Source of the DNA: Massalongia carnosa
Taxonomy: Eukaryota
Assembly (NCBI GenBank): GCA_965645245.1
Contig: OZ287067.1
Coordinates: 2,356,001 to 2,420,000 of the forward strand
DNA length: 64,000 nucleotides
Reading direction: 5' to 3'
Part shown: one piece after another, positions 1-13,091 of the stretch
Layout: each line of letters begins with the position of its first letter
Position numbering within the stretch: the first letter of the stretch is position 1
The notes under the pieces: model-generated
What the model was told of the DNA's origin: nothing
What the model saw: the letters and a program-made list of their open reading frames with translations, nothing else
Databases searched by the model: none
Made by a program: the position numbers and the translations under genes

Positions 1-2
1 AG

Positions 3-137
3 GCAATGCTTGAACAGCTCAAAGTTGAAGATTCGAATGCCATCAACGTTCAGAACCCCGATGGTGCACCAATTCTAGAAGAACAGAAAACACCCGAGGA
101 GAAACCTGACGAGACAGAATCGAGTCCTACCACTTGA
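3..137 (+). CDS. 3' end of a gene that begins upstream of the window (acidic low-complexity C-terminus)
   Basis: Open frame from the window edge, AMLEQLKVEDSNAINVQNPDGAPILEEQKTPEEKPDETESSPTT, ending TGA 135-137; product not identifiable. Confidence 0.4.
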   Translation, partial: AMLEQLKVEDSNAINVQNPDGAPILEEQKTPEEKPDETESSPTT

Positions 138-964
138 ATGATAGCGATATCGTATTCAGAAACTGAAGGAGACGGTGTTGTTGTGATTTTTAGCGTTTGC
201 ACGATACCCCCTTATGCAGGCGTTAGCACTGGCTGGGTTAGATGGATAAAGTCTTGCGATGATTAGACAATGTGAGAGTGAATGAAGGCTTACAACGATG
301 TGATGATGGCTACTTACCTTTCCTAAAGGACAGCGAGCTGAAATGTGCGAGAATCACCCCATTGGTGGTCCGCGTACAGTATATAGCAGGCTGTTGCGAT
401 CTGGGATTAATAGGTTGCATCACTTGCGGCTTGTATTACTTACCGTCCGAACATAAGAAAAAGTTAGTCCTTAGGTGTGTCGAGCTACGGGGTTTACACC
501 CTCCGCTGACGCTGCCAAGCACGTTGAAGATGTTTCTGCTACTCCTACTCCATCGTATTCAATCTCCTTGATTAACTATTCGTCGCTCTTGATTATGCTT
601 CTTTAACCAGCACTCCCCCCACCTCCCCCCTGGCCCCCAATGACCTATTCCCGCTCCCTTTCTCTACGGGGACCCATCAACTCTATTACAGCACCGAGAT
701 TTTCATATACCCGGTTTTTCACTCCCCGTACAGTGCAATTGACATGCATGCATCCATGAAAGTAAAATATGGCTTTGTCAGTAATAGCTCTCTTTCTGTT
801 TATCTTACAATTGAGACTGTACGGCCCCATGATCGTTTGAAGGGACTTTACGAATGTATGAACGCCTCGCTGATGCACAACCCAAAAGAGCCTAAGCAAA
901 GTCCCCAGGGCGAGAGCTTCCTGAACACCCTCTCCCACACCAACAATGTCAATAGAATCCCCTA

Positions 965-2360
965 TCACCTCCCTACCCCCAAAACACTACCTTCCTTCCC
1001 CCATCCCTTCGTCCGCATGCTCTCCTCAATCCGGTCCCAAAGGCCCTCCACCACCTCGCGATCCCGCCAGCGGCCCGCAACTCCCATATGCGCGTTCCAC
1101 TTCTCCACCTGCGCGCTCGCGACCCCCCTCCCCCATCCCCTTACGGCCACGGGCACCTCCTCGCCGCGCCACCCGACGTACACGCCCAGCACATGCCGGA
1201 ACAGCTCCGGCGGCGCCTGCCACTTGTAGCCGCGAAACTGCCACGTCTGGCCCGTGGTGAAGACGGCGACGACGCGGCCCCAGTAGTCGGGCTTGAACTG
1301 CTCGGGGGTATCGACAAGGATGAAGCGCAAGGGCCGCGAAGGGTCGATGGAAGGGAGCAAGCGCGAGATGTGCAGGATTGTGGCAGTGGCGCCGGAGGAG
1401 CCGGCGAGGGCGCTGTCTGGAGGGATGTAGGTGCCAGATTCGAGGAAAGATTTGATGTTCGACATGCGCAGGAGCGACGAGGCTGATGGCGAGAGTAGAA
1501 TTATGGGGTCGGGACGGCGGGCAGGTTTTTTGGGAAGCGAGACGAGAGATGATGTGCTTGAACTGGCGGACAATGAGGGGGCCAGGGTGCCGCTGCTGGC
1601 GTTGGATGCGGAGGAGGGGTGGGGGCCGGGGCGGGGACGGTTGCGACCTAGGAAGATTTCGGCGGATTTCCGGATATGGGAGAAATCCTAGCGGGGGTGT
1701 TAGTTGAGCTGCTTGCCTAAAGATAGGAAAGCTGTGTATAGTGGGTATTCTTACAGTGGGTTTGATGCCTCGCAGAATGCTATTGCGATCGCCCATTCTT
1801 CGCTCTCCATTGTAAATCTCCTGCAGCCTGGGATCAATCACCTTTCCCATTCGCGCGCCGGCAGCACTGCTCGGAACGGTAGACACCCCTCCTGCTGCCC
1901 ATGAAGCCACTTGCGCTGACCGCGCGGCGGCGACATCCGACTCCAACGCTTTGATGTACTCGCTTTCCTGCGAAGCGCCCTCCAGCCAAGTGATCAGATC
2001 CAAACGCTCCACGAACACTAAGTTCTGCACTTTGGCTCCCGCGCCATCGGCGCCCGCGAGCTCCTCGTTCAGCTGCTGCGCCGAGGCTATGTAATCGGGG
2101 ATCGCGACATCTTTGTTCTGCCACGCGAAATAAATGCTGCGCAGGTCGACCGGGTGCCCGGCCGAGATGAAGCGCGTCGGGGTATTAAGAGAGAAGGATA
2201 CATGGTCGGGATCGTTGAACTGGAGGTGGGTTGCGATTGCTAGGTTTTCGATGGCATCGGATTGGAGGGTGGGGTTTGGGGAGGAAGTTGGTATGGGGGG
2301 TTTGTTGGAGGCGATTGAGCGGCGGAGGCTCACGAGGGGATCTGGGGTTGGGGTCTCCAT
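965..2360 (-). CDS. CDC73: Paf1 complex subunit Cdc73 (parafibromin); 2 exons 2360-1755, 1687-965; ~442 aa
   Basis: ATG 2360 (METPTPDPLVSLRR); 67-nt intron GTAAGA..CTAAC..TAG at 1754-1688 joins LRGIKPT|DFSHIRK; C-terminal motifs DPIILLSPSASSLLRMSNIKSFLE, YWGRVVAVFTTGQTWQF, RWRDREVVE typical of the Cdc73 C-domain. Confidence 0.93.
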
Positions 2361-2995
2361 GCTGAAGATATTAAACTGTAGATACCAGCGAGGTCTTTCG
2401 TATTTGGAGAAAGTTTTCAGGTGGTGATGAGTGTTAAAGGTTTCTATGTACAATATCTATGTATTCTCCCGAACACAACTAAGAAGTATAATAGTATATG
2501 TACACAACCCGTACATCTACTGAAAACACAATGCCATCTGTCTAGCCAACAACCACATGCATGTTTACATAGGATTTGAACTCGTCAACATATATGAAAG
2601 CCAAAACATAGGAATCTAGCAACCAAACCTCTGACCATAGCCCATCACATTCCTTCAGCCAAGAGACCGACAATCGAAAATTGGTGTCATGGTACAAAAT
2701 TCAAACTGCATCCTGCATCTAGAGGCAACATTCCTGCCAAGTCCAATGTCTAATACAGGCTACCAGCAGCCAAGGTGTCGTTCCCTCCCGGCCGATAGAA
2801 AAAGGATCTGACTATGGCCTCATACTACCTTTTTTTTGGGATAACTATCGTCAGAGAAGCCACTGGTATGATATCTTACCCTAGCACCTGATAATTCTCC
2901 TATCGATGGGAATCAAGAGTCACAAGGATCTTAAAGAACCTGTTGTGAACCACATGAATTTCTTCTACCTCAAGAACGTACGTACCAAACTCTAT

Positions 2996-3960
2996 CTACT
3001 CTCTTGATATTACAATCGGTCCACATCCCTTGCCGTTGTGAACCACCGGACGCTTACCATCATCTGAAACCAAGAGAACGGTATATTTAGCCATGTCGGC
3101 CAGCATTCCGGATGGAGTGGAGAGAAGGTTGAAGGAGTGTGCCCCTCTATTTGTGATGAAGACTTTGCAGATCCGTTTCGGTGACAAGGTAAGTGCCTTC
3201 ACATTTCCAAGGAGGATTTGAAAATCCTTCATTTCTGCTTCGTAGGATCCTGCAGGTTGAGAATCATTCTTTTTAGTATGTGTGCCATAACCAGGAATTA
3301 TCATGTCGATGTCGTCAATGATGATATGGACTGCTTCCGTCTGCGAGATCTCTAAGCATTGCAGAAATATTTTCCATAATTTAGTTTGGTTTTCAGAGGC
3401 GGCAGCGAAACGTGAGTGGTGTAGGCTATGTTTTTCGCAGATACTCCTTGAGAACTTTTGACGATGAAGGGAGATAAGCTGCATGATAAGAGACTGAACC
3501 ACCAGCCGTGCCCGGCCACGGAACGCCAAGGAATTCATCCCACTACAGTAATGGATCAAAGAGCTGAATCCAGCTCGTTGCGGCCCGTCCTTCTGAGGTT
3601 CATCCGCCTGGCGGTCACCAATCTGATTTAACTCGAAGAGATCCATGCTAAGGATTGTTGTCCAGCGCAATTTACGGTCGTCTTCCGAGTGCAAATTAAA
3701 CCAAAGGAGCTGTGACTCGCACAAAGTGATCCAAGAGTCCAACTCCTTGATTTCCCATAGTCTCAACTTGTTGTATTCGTCTTGGTCTTGATGGTTCACA
3801 GGCTTAATGTAGTTGTCAATATCCTTATCTATGTTAGTTAGATGTGGAAAGGCAATATCTTGAAAATCGAGCACATCTTCTATGTGTCCAGTGTAATCCG
3901 ATAGAAAGTGGTTTTCCCCCACCGCGGTTTCTCTTATAGCCAAACTAGGCTCGATGGCAG
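2996..3960 (-). CDS. NACHT-like (fungal NLR/STAND NTPase-type) domain protein with degenerate P-loop; 5' exons unresolved, possibly a pseudogene
   Basis: ORF has NACHT-like elements (W..SQLLW, HYCS, VQSLIMQL, LWKIFLQCL, Walker-B-like VHIIIDDID, KVFIT) but no GxxGxGKS/T; intron-like GTAGAG..CTAAC..TAG at 4034-3961 whose phase does not join cleanly to the best upstream frame. Confidence 0.5.
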
Positions 3961-4793
3961 CTATTCGCAAAGTTCCTCCGCGTTAGTCCACACCCAGTAT
4001 CATGTTGAAGTTCTAACTAACTAATCCCCTCTACCTTGAGGGGGAGCTCCGCCACCGTTAATGCCGCACTGGCAAGGCTCGCCACAGCCCTGGGTTCAGA
4101 AGCCGGTTTTTGAGAGTGCTTCATTAAGCTCTTTACGGAAACCTCAGATTTGGCTTGAAGACTCCGCCTTTGTTCCGGGTCTCGGCCTCTTGTTGGCCTA
4201 AGATGGATGATGCAGGAAAGCTTTTTGCCCTAATCTCGTTTGCCTAAAGGTCGCTGCTGTGTTTGCTGGAGGATTGATGGATATAAGAGGGAGGCTAATA
4301 GAGGGAGGTGGGTGATAAAGGCCGTATCTTGCCTGTTGGGAAGCAGGGGCACACCAAAGAATATATGGTATGGTGATGGGGTAAAATGCGGGTAAGTAAA
4401 GCGGTAGAATAGCTTGTGGGATGAGTGGGACGAGGACTGGGAATTGGGAGATATAAATATGGAAGGGCGAGGTCTGTGAATCCAAAGTTATCAGTATTCA
4501 CTAGAGTATTTAGTCCATAGAAATGTTTGATGACCAAACAATGGTGAACTCCCAATTCACCTAATGCCAATACATGCCGAGGGGTGTATTTCTGGTTGAT
4601 ACTTTCATAAGTCGATATTGATGGTATTGCGTTATCTACCTCCTCATGATTCATAAAGCTGAGTGCTTTTATGGAAGTGTGCCTGCAGTAGGCCCTCTAA
4701 AGTAAAGCTCTAGGAGTAGAGGCGTTGGCCAAGGGGGTAATGTATGCTTGGGTGAATGAAAACATTGCGTTCATAACCGCTTCCATTCATCAG

Positions 4794-6254
4794 TCAGCCA
4801 CTTCCATCATCCGATAACTTCGCCTTATTCCTGCCGTGGTAAACACATACCCCTTCCCCCCCTGAGCGATGTTTTGGATTTCTTGGGCAAAGCGGGCTAT
4901 TCGGCAAATGCTCCGGTACATTCAACTCGAAGTGGAGTTGCGCATCTTTCGCCTCATCGGCTGCAAGCTTGAGTCTATACCAGTCGACCTCAGAACTACG
5001 TTGGGTTCTGCGTTTTTGTCGCATAAACGTGGAGCGTTCTACCGGCTCAGGACTTGGTGTTGTGGCCGTTTCTACCGGGGCATTGTAGTCGAAAAAAAAG
5101 CCACGTAGTTGTTTGCCGGCGGCGGAGTTTGGTAGACGAGGAGTGCTGATACGGCGTGCTTCGGAGGGGAGGTAAGTAGGGCCGTCAGGGGAAGACATCT
5201 CGACGCGAAAATACTGTCTTGAATCTGAGCCAGTATACATAGCATGCGGTTCGGGGGTGGCTTGGGGTAGGCGTCCCGAGTGTATGCTTTGGATTGAGCT
5301 AGAGCTAGAGTTTCCCTTTCTAGGATAAATGGATACAAGGCGCACTTTATGGTTATGCCACGCAGCAATAGATTGACTGCTACCACTGGCTGAGGAGGTT
5401 AGGGGTGTCCTATTTCTTTCGGTCAGTCCTAAGAGTATGTGACCGGCTCGCTCTAACAGATCCTCTGTATTTGTTTTGCTATGGAGCCTCTCACGAACGG
5501 ATTCACTCGAGCCTACACTCACTCTAAGGCGACGCTTTGTTCGATAATAGAACCCGTTCTTTTGGGAACGTTCGAGACGCGGGAGTTTCTCGAGACGGTT
5601 TAACCTTTCCAAAGGCATAGAAATTCCCTTAGGAGTCGGCTCACTTGCTCTAGGGGTACGGGATATGGGTGTTGCGTGTGGGACACCTATGGTAGCGTCT
5701 TCAGAATCTGTCCATGATTGCTCGTTCCATTGCTTCTTCCGTTTATTCCCGGTCTCAAGCCAATGGCCTGATATTCCCCGCTTCCATTTGTAGCCAATCT
5801 TGGCTGCGCGCTGAGGATCTGTGTCTATGCTGTTTTCAGAGGCGCTCCGATTTTTCGATCCCTGAAGTATTTTTCGCGCGCGGTTACTGATTGATGATCG
5901 GGGCCAATCATTCCAATAAGGAAGCCTAGTGTTCGACGGTGGGGTGACTTTTAGTAAAGGAGGCCCATCTGGAACGATATTAGGAAGTGGGCGCGCAGAA
6001 GCTGAGTAGATGACCCCCTCTTCTGGCGTATCTAAAGAGAAGTGCGATACTTCCGATTGGGCCTGTAAATACGAAGACCGGTTAGTCTTTCGCTGGTTGG
6101 TTATAGTGAAGGGAGATATCGGCGATGAGGGTGCGGAAGTATTATATGGAGGAGCATGCTCGGATGAGGAAATGCGCCATGCTCTGAAGAATGACTGTTC
6201 GCAGTCTGCAGCGGAGAAAACTCTAGGGCTTTCAAAACTTGTACGTGACGCCAT
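4794..6254 (-). CDS. Uncharacterised Ser/Arg/Pro-rich protein (~486 aa) with C-terminal Cys/His motif
   Basis: Long single ORF from ATG 6254 (MASRTSFESPR); C-terminal PEHLPNSPLCPRNPKHRSGGEGVCVYHGR. Confidence 0.75.
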   Translation of the reverse strand: MASRTSFESPRVFSAADCEQSFFRAWRISSSEHAPPYNTSAPSSPISPFTITNQRKTNRSSYLQAQSEVSHFSLDTPEEGVIYSASARPLPNIVPDGPPLLKVTPPSNTRLPYWNDWPRSSISNRARKILQGSKNRSASENSIDTDPQRAAKIGYKWKRGISGHWLETGNKRKKQWNEQSWTDSEDATIGVPHATPISRTPRASEPTPKGISMPLERLNRLEKLPRLERSQKNGFYYRTKRRLRVSVGSSESVRERLHSKTNTEDLLERAGHILLGLTERNRTPLTSSASGSSQSIAAWHNHKVRLVSIYPRKGNSSSSSIQSIHSGRLPQATPEPHAMYTGSDSRQYFRVEMSSPDGPTYLPSEARRISTPRLPNSAAGKQLRGFFFDYNAPVETATTPSPEPVERSTFMRQKRRTQRSSEVDWYRLKLAADEAKDAQLHFELNVPEHLPNSPLCPRNPKHRSGGEGVCVYHGRNKAKLSDDGSG

Positions 6255-7293
6255 GCACACAGTATGATGAATAGGAGGGTTGGTAAAATTGTTTGAAGAA
6301 CATAGGAACCAAATGAATGAGTTGAAAATGAGCAGGATGGGCGGGTAGCGGGGGTTAATAACTTGGGAACTACTCTTCAAAAACGGAAAGTGCGCTCGAA
6401 ATAATACTCAAACTCCTCCATCTAGCGATTAAAAGACCTACAGAACTGAGAGAATTCAAGCGTTTAATGAGAACTCGAAATAAAATACTCGTAAGGCGAT
6501 TCGGTGGGCTGCTCTGCAAACTGGAATGTTATTTTTTTTGGGCAATCCCTATGCGGCTGATACTTGTTCGGAACAAATGGGATAGGGAATTGATAGTCTT
6601 AAATGGTAGCATCAAAACACATCTCGAGTCACTTCTTAGGATAAACAACATCAAACCTCAGACAAAGTAAGATGAGATCAAAAGTCAGTCTTTAGAATCT
6701 TCGAAATTGTATCCTCCATCTCCGAAGCTAGGTTTGGAAGCCTTCGAAAATATCGCGGCTTTACTACTAGCAAAGTAGATAGAATTAAATATGATCATTC
6801 TCAGCACGATAAAAACATACTATCACATTATGCTCTTAAAGATTCCTGGAAGAAAATTAATTCTCATTTTGAATGCTCATTGCGCAAAAACCCAGGGAGA
6901 AGTTGACTGAGGGGGTTAACTTGACGGCCCATAGAGTAGCAGTTGACTTAACAATCAAGAACAGAATGAGGACCAACCATAGTAGTTAGACGATGTTAAG
7001 GAGGGGATATGAGATATAAATGCAGAGGTGGATTGAAAAGTTGTGGATGAAGAGTCGTCACGTGTAGATATCTCCCTGGATTTGTGTTAGCATTATTATG
7101 TCAGCAGAAATTCGTATCATCATCTTGAAAATCATTATTTTAATCGTCTAGGGTAAATTCTTTAAATATACCTGTTTATACACCTCTTGCTCTTCCGAAT
7201 CCGATACTTTCTATAGATCAATGATAGAGGATCAACCGTAAAAGTTTGATGCCCCCTCGATAACGGGGCTGTTGAATCCCTTTCTTTCCGAGC

Positions 7294-10200
7294 ATGGTCT
7301 GCGCCCAAATCTTACCATGGAGATTTGCGCTCAGGAGGGCTGCCTCGTGCTCACTCCCCTTACATATAACGGCAAATAAGTCTTACTCCATAATACCTCA
7401 TAACTTCACATCACTTTATCGCTCTAAAAACCTTCATCGAACCATTGCGCCATCCCTACTGATTCGCGCAAGCTCCCGCCACTTTATCACATCACCCGCG
7501 AGGCGAAAAGACCGTGCTGCCGATGATATCCCCGACCCAATCCCGCCGAAGCTAGACGACCAACAGGACGTACAAGGAAAAAAAGATCTTGTCAAAGAAT
7601 CTAGTAAATCTGAGGACTCGATAGAATCCAAGAAAGGATCCGACGCCCCATCAAGCTCCAGCGCTGTTAATACAAAGGGGAGCGGTGCGGGTAGCGGGGC
7701 GGACTCCTCGTCAGGAAGCGGCGATGGTGGGAGAAGAGGTGGACGCAAAACATCTACAGAACGAGCGGTTCAGAAGCCTTCTGTTCCGGATGTCTATCCT
7801 CAGGTCATGGCTATACCCATAGGCAAGCGCCCGTTATTTCCAGGCTTCTACAAGGCTGTCACAATTCGCGACCCAAACGTGTCTCTGGCTCTTCAGGAAA
7901 TGATGAGGAGAGGCCAGCCGTATGTCGGCGCTTTTCTGTTCAAAGATGAAAAATCAGATAAGGATACAATAGAGAGTATTGACGAGGTTCATGACGTGGG
8001 GGTGTTCGCCCAAGTCACCAGCGTTTTCCCTGTGGCTGGGGAAGCAAACAGTGTGACTGCTGTACTGTATCCGCATCGAAGGATAAAGTTGTCCAGATTA
8101 TTATCGCCTAATCAGCTCAAAACCGAACCCCCCAAGCCCGCAGCTCCCGCAGTTGATGTGCCACCTATAGAGGACCAGAAAATAGAGGAAGGTGCTTCAA
8201 CCGACAAACCGGGAGACGTTGTAGCGAGCTTCGAAGAGTCGAGCCCCCTCTCTCAACCCATCGAATTCCAAACATATGAACCGACTGCATTTCTGCGGAA
8301 CTTTGCTGTTAGTATCGTCGATGTGGATAATATGGCCGAAGAGCAATATGATAGGAAAAGCCCTTTGATCAAAGCTGTTACAAGCGAGCTAGTTAATGTA
8401 TTCAAAGATGTGGCAAACTTAAACCACCTTTTCCGAGATCAGATTTCTTCTTTTTCCATGAGTCAGTCATCGGGAAACGTTTTGGATGAACCTGCAAAGT
8501 TGGCCGATTTTGCCGCTGCTGTGTCGGCGGGTGAGATTACGGAGCTCCAGGATGTTTTAGAGACTATGAATGTCGAGGAACGTTTGTCGAAAGCGTTGAT
8601 GGTTTTGAAAAAGGAGTTGATGAACGCGCAACTGCAGAACAAGATTTCAAAGGATGTGGAGAGCAAGATCCAAAAAAGACAGCGCGAATACTGGCTTATG
8701 GAGCAGATGAAAGGTATTCGACGTGAGCTAGGAATCGAGTCGGACGGCAAGGACAAGTTAGTCGAGAAATTCAAAGAAAAGGGTAATAAGCTTGCAATGC
8801 CAGAAGTAGTAAAGAAAGTGTTTGATGAGGAGCTGGAAAAACTGGCTCATCTTGAACCAGCCGCTTCAGAGTTCAATGTGACGCGAAACTATCTGGATTG
8901 GTTAACACAGATACCTTGGGGCCAGCAAAGCGCAGAGAATTTTGGGATCAAGAATGCAATGACTGTGTTGGACGAAGACCACCATGGGCTGAAAGACGTT
9001 AAAGACCGTATTCTTGAATTCATTGCTGTGGGCAAGCTCCGTGGTACTGTCGAAGGCAAGATACTGTGCTTTGTTGGACCCCCTGGTGTGGGAAAGACTA
9101 GTATTGGGAAATCCATTGCTCGTGCGCTGAATCGGCAATATTATAGATTCAGCGTGGGAGGCTTGACTGATGTTGCGGAGATCAAAGGACATCGAAGAAC
9201 CTATGTCGGAGCTCTTCCGGGGCGAATCATCCAAGCATTAAAGAAATGCCAGACTGAGAATCCTCTTATACTCATCGATGAAGTAGATAAGATTGGCCGG
9301 GGGCACCAAGGCGACCCGTCTTCTGCATTGCTCGAATTACTTGACCCGGAGCAGAACAATTCATTCCTAGATCATTATATGGATGTTCCTGTTGATTTGT
9401 CCAAGGTCCTCTTTGTTTGTACCGCTAACATGACCGACACAATTCCTCGCCCCCTACTGGACAGAATGGAGTTGATAGAATTATCGGGATATGTTGCGGA
9501 TGAGAAAATGGCCATTGCAGAGAAATTTCTCTCTCCTGCTGCTAAGGAATTAAGTGGACTCAAAGAGGTAGATGTGGCGCTGAGCAAGGAGGCGATTGAG
9601 GAGCTCATCAAGTCATATTGCCGCGAAAGTGGCGTGCGGAATTTGAAGAAACAAATCGAGAAAATCTACCGTAAGTCAGCACTCAACATCATTCAAGATC
9701 TTGGCGAAGAAGTGTTTTCAGAGGACAAGGCTTTGACCGACGAAGGCAAGGCTGCGCTAGAGGAATCGAAGAAGGATGAAAGTGGCGTAAAGGAAACCCC
9801 CGGAGCGATCGCCAATGAAACCACTGAGACCCCGCGGAGGGCCCTTAAAGTGCCAGAGGGTGTTCATGTGCGTATCGACCGTACGAACCTCAAGGACTAC
9901 GTGGGTCCTCCGGTCTTTACTTCCGATAGACTTTACGAAACGACACCCCCCGGAGTAGCTATGGGTCTCGCCTGGACGAGCATGGGGGGCGCCGCCTTGT
10001 ACGTTGAATCCATCTTGGAAAACGCTTTGAATAAAGACTCTAGGCCGGGGCTAGAACGTACCGGGAACCTAAAGAGCGTAATGAAGGAGTCTACGATCAT
10101 CGCATACTCCTTTGCGAAATCCGTCATGGCGAAGACGTTCCCCGAGAATAAATTTTTCGAAAAGGCGAAGCTGCATCTCCACTGCCCCGAGGGGGCTGTG

Positions 10201-10729
10201 CAGAAAGACGGTCAGTTCCATTCTGCAAACATGGATTCGCTTCTGCAAAAGATGACTGCTAATTTTATCAAAGGCCCATCCGCTGGTATCACCATGGCTA
10301 CCTCCCTGCTTTCGCTCGCGTTGGACAAACCTCTCGACCCTACAATCGCTATGACAGGTGAGCTGACCGTGACGGGGAAAGTGTTACGGATTGGCGGTCT
10401 CAGGGAGAAGACCGTGGCGGCCCGACGCGCAGGTGCGAAAACCATTATTTTCCCAGCGGACAACACATCCGATTGGTTAGAGCTTCCCGAGGTGAGCATC
10501 CATTTCCTGCTTATGAGGTATACGTTGCTCGTATATTTGCTGATACTTGATAATGCCCTTGTAGAACATCAAAGAGGGAATTGAGGGCCATGCCGCAAGC
10601 TGGTATTCCGATGTGTTCGATTTGGTCTTCCCGAATCTGGACCACGTAGAAGTGAACAACAAATGGAAAGAGCAGTTATGCAAACCTGATCAAGCGGAAC
10701 GAAAAGTGGAGAGCGATGATGACAATTAA
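7294..10729 (+). CDS. PIM1: Mitochondrial Lon ATP-dependent protease; 3 exons 7294-10210, 10274-10491, 10565-10729
   Basis: Arg/Ser-rich presequence, LON N-domain (PLFPGFYK), Walker A GPPGVGKT, Walker B LILIDEVDK, catalytic KDG|PSAG across a 63-nt intron, IGGLREK; second intron GTGAGC..TAG 10492-10564; stop TAA 10727-10729. Confidence 0.97.
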
Positions 10730-11763
10730 ATGATTAGCACTCGGATTTTGCAGATGGTCCTGGCATCAATTACGGAGCGTCTAATATTTTATACAATCGT
10801 GCCCCGCGGAGTGTCGCCGACCATTGCATCGGCGTTTGGGGCTCTTGGAATTCGGAACGTCTGCATTGGGTAAAATATCTGGCCGTCCGTTGCTACAGAA
10901 GCATGGCAAAGGCGGCGTAAATGGGCAAACCTTTACTCTGGACATGGTGTCTCCATCAAGAAGTCATGGGACTTGCTGATGAGTGTGCAATCGTTTATAG
11001 ACAGCGCTTTGTCCTTCATGCATTTTGGGTGGGATATTGTGAGCGCTGACAACAACAAAAAATAGCAACCAGCATAAGTATGTACACTAGCATTTCTGCT
11101 TGGTTATTCGTGGCCGTCTTTCTACCTTTGTGGTACTAGTATATGCTCTTATCATTGATTACTATCTGTAATATTTTATGAAGCGCTACCGTTAGGACGA
11201 TTTCAATATCAAGACGTAGCATTTTGCTCGGCTATAACTCCGCTGGGTACTACTTCTCCTATGTGATCTCTTAGAGTCCCAAAGCTCCATTGTTTCGGTT
11301 TTCTTCTTCTCTTTCGTCGTTGCGTCTTTTAATTGTTCTTTCCATTTACGGAAATTTACTGGATTCCTATTGTCATGATGAGGCCTATCTGGTTTGTTTC
11401 GGCATCATCAGTTCCAAGCTTCACTCAGCCTGCCGGAGTTCGATGGTTAAGTAGCCTTCAAAGATGTATTTGCACGTTCAATGAATCTGTCTCTGATCTC
11501 CAACTCACAAATAAACGCTGGTCGCTCTCTTGTTTTATGTCCTGTTTCTCGTCTTTGATGATACATAACAAAATATCATCGCCATTTTCTCTCTTTAATT
11601 CTTCATGCGCATGTTTCTAAATACAGCAGATTACTATAAGGCTAATAATATTCTGCATTTCCTTAATATTGCCCGCAGTCAGCCATGCATTCTACGGTCT
11701 GGAAAGGACTTTGCCACGCCTGTACCAGCTGAACAGTCCTTACAAGTCGACGGAAGGAGCGTA

Positions 11764-13091
11764 CAAAGTCGGGTCTAGGAAGTGACCGAACAGCGCACGT
11801 TCCACCCCCATTTTACCCCTCACCCCTAATGATGAAAATCACCCCAATCAATCAATTTCCAACTTGATGCTTTGAAACCTTCATATTTCGTCAAATACTG
11901 TATGCTGAAGAATATTAAGTCATCAGTATTTAATAGAACCCCCTTTAGCCTTAATAAGAAAGCGAATACGCTCAGGCATGCTCTCAATGCACCGTCTGAA
12001 GTCCTCCTCAGTCAACAGCTCGCATTCCTCCCGAATAGCCTGCTCCATGGCCTCAATTGTATGGATTTGGTGATGACGGGCACTGACCCGTATTTTGATA
12101 ATACGCCAGAGATTCTCAATGGGATTCAAATCGGGTGACTGAGGTGGCCAATCCATGCGTAAAAGCCCGTTTCGTCTCCCCCAATCAATCACCTTTTTCG
12201 AAGTATGATAGCTGGCTCCGTCATCCATCCAGATCGTCAAACCTCGCCTAGTCAAGCATGCTTCATAAAACGAGAGCCCTAAAGGCCGTAGCACCTCGTC
12301 AATGTAGATATCTGAATTCATTCGTCTCCCCTTTATTCAAAACGAGCATAGGGCCTTTTTCACCCAATCGTATGCTAGCCCAGATGCCCACAGTGCTTCG
12401 TCCGCTTTTGAATGTAGGCTTCAGATATCTAGACTCCATGGCCGTGCCTTTTCGTCTCGTGACGTAGCACGAGCGAGTGTCTAAACCAGTTTCAAACGTA
12501 GCTTCATCTGTCCATATAACTCGGCCCCAATCTCCTACCGTCCAATGCTTATGCTCCTTGCCCCATTTTAGCCTGATTGCTTTGTGACGTGCTGATAGAA
12601 ACGGCTTTTTTCTAGCCCTGAAACGGAAATAGCCACCGAGCTTCAGATATTTTCGTACGGTGACGCGAGAGAGCTTTTGACCCGATTTGGAAGGGGTAGT
12701 CAGGGCCAGCAAATTATCGTGTGGATTTTTCTCAACATGGCGAATCAATGCCCGTCTGGCACGGACATTTAGCTTGGTTGGCCGACCAGTACGTTTTTTG
12801 GGAACGGAAGAGGCGTCGGCTTGTCTCTTAGCTCTATGAACTATGGTGACCACGGTGGAACGGGCCAGCCGAACTTGACGGGCTATTTCAGCATAGGAAT
12901 AGTGGACTTCATGAAGGGCTACAATGATAGCAATGGTTTCAGACGAATGTTCACGTCTGGCCGTCTTGGGTTTGGAAGGCATTTCGTTGATCAGATGAAA
13001 ATTGATGGAGAAAGGGGAGGGTGAAGTAAGGGGGGAATTTAGATGAGGGGAAATTAAGCGAAGTGTTTGCTGACTTCCTAGACCCGATTTG
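11764..13091 (-). mobile_element. Tc1/mariner (DD34E) DNA transposon, ~1.33 kb
   Basis: Imperfect TIRs CAAAGTCGGGTCTAGGAAGTGACCGAACA / CAAATCGGGTCTAGGAAGTCAGCAAACA (reverse complement); TA on both sides (11762-63, 13092-93); internal transposase. Confidence 0.9.
11923..12982 (-). pseudogene. Tc1-like DD34E transposase with one frameshift
   Basis: ATG 12982; HTH, GRPTKL, WTDE, MDDGASYH, SPDLNPIENLW (34 aa between D and E); one extra G in a G-run near 12330 splits it into ORFs 12299-13102 and 11923-12321. Confidence 0.88.

Noticed and set aside
744..2427. Plus-strand ORFs over CDC73, and similar antisense ORFs over PIM1, the kinase and the TIM-like gene
   Set aside because: Shadow ORFs of real genes on the opposite strand
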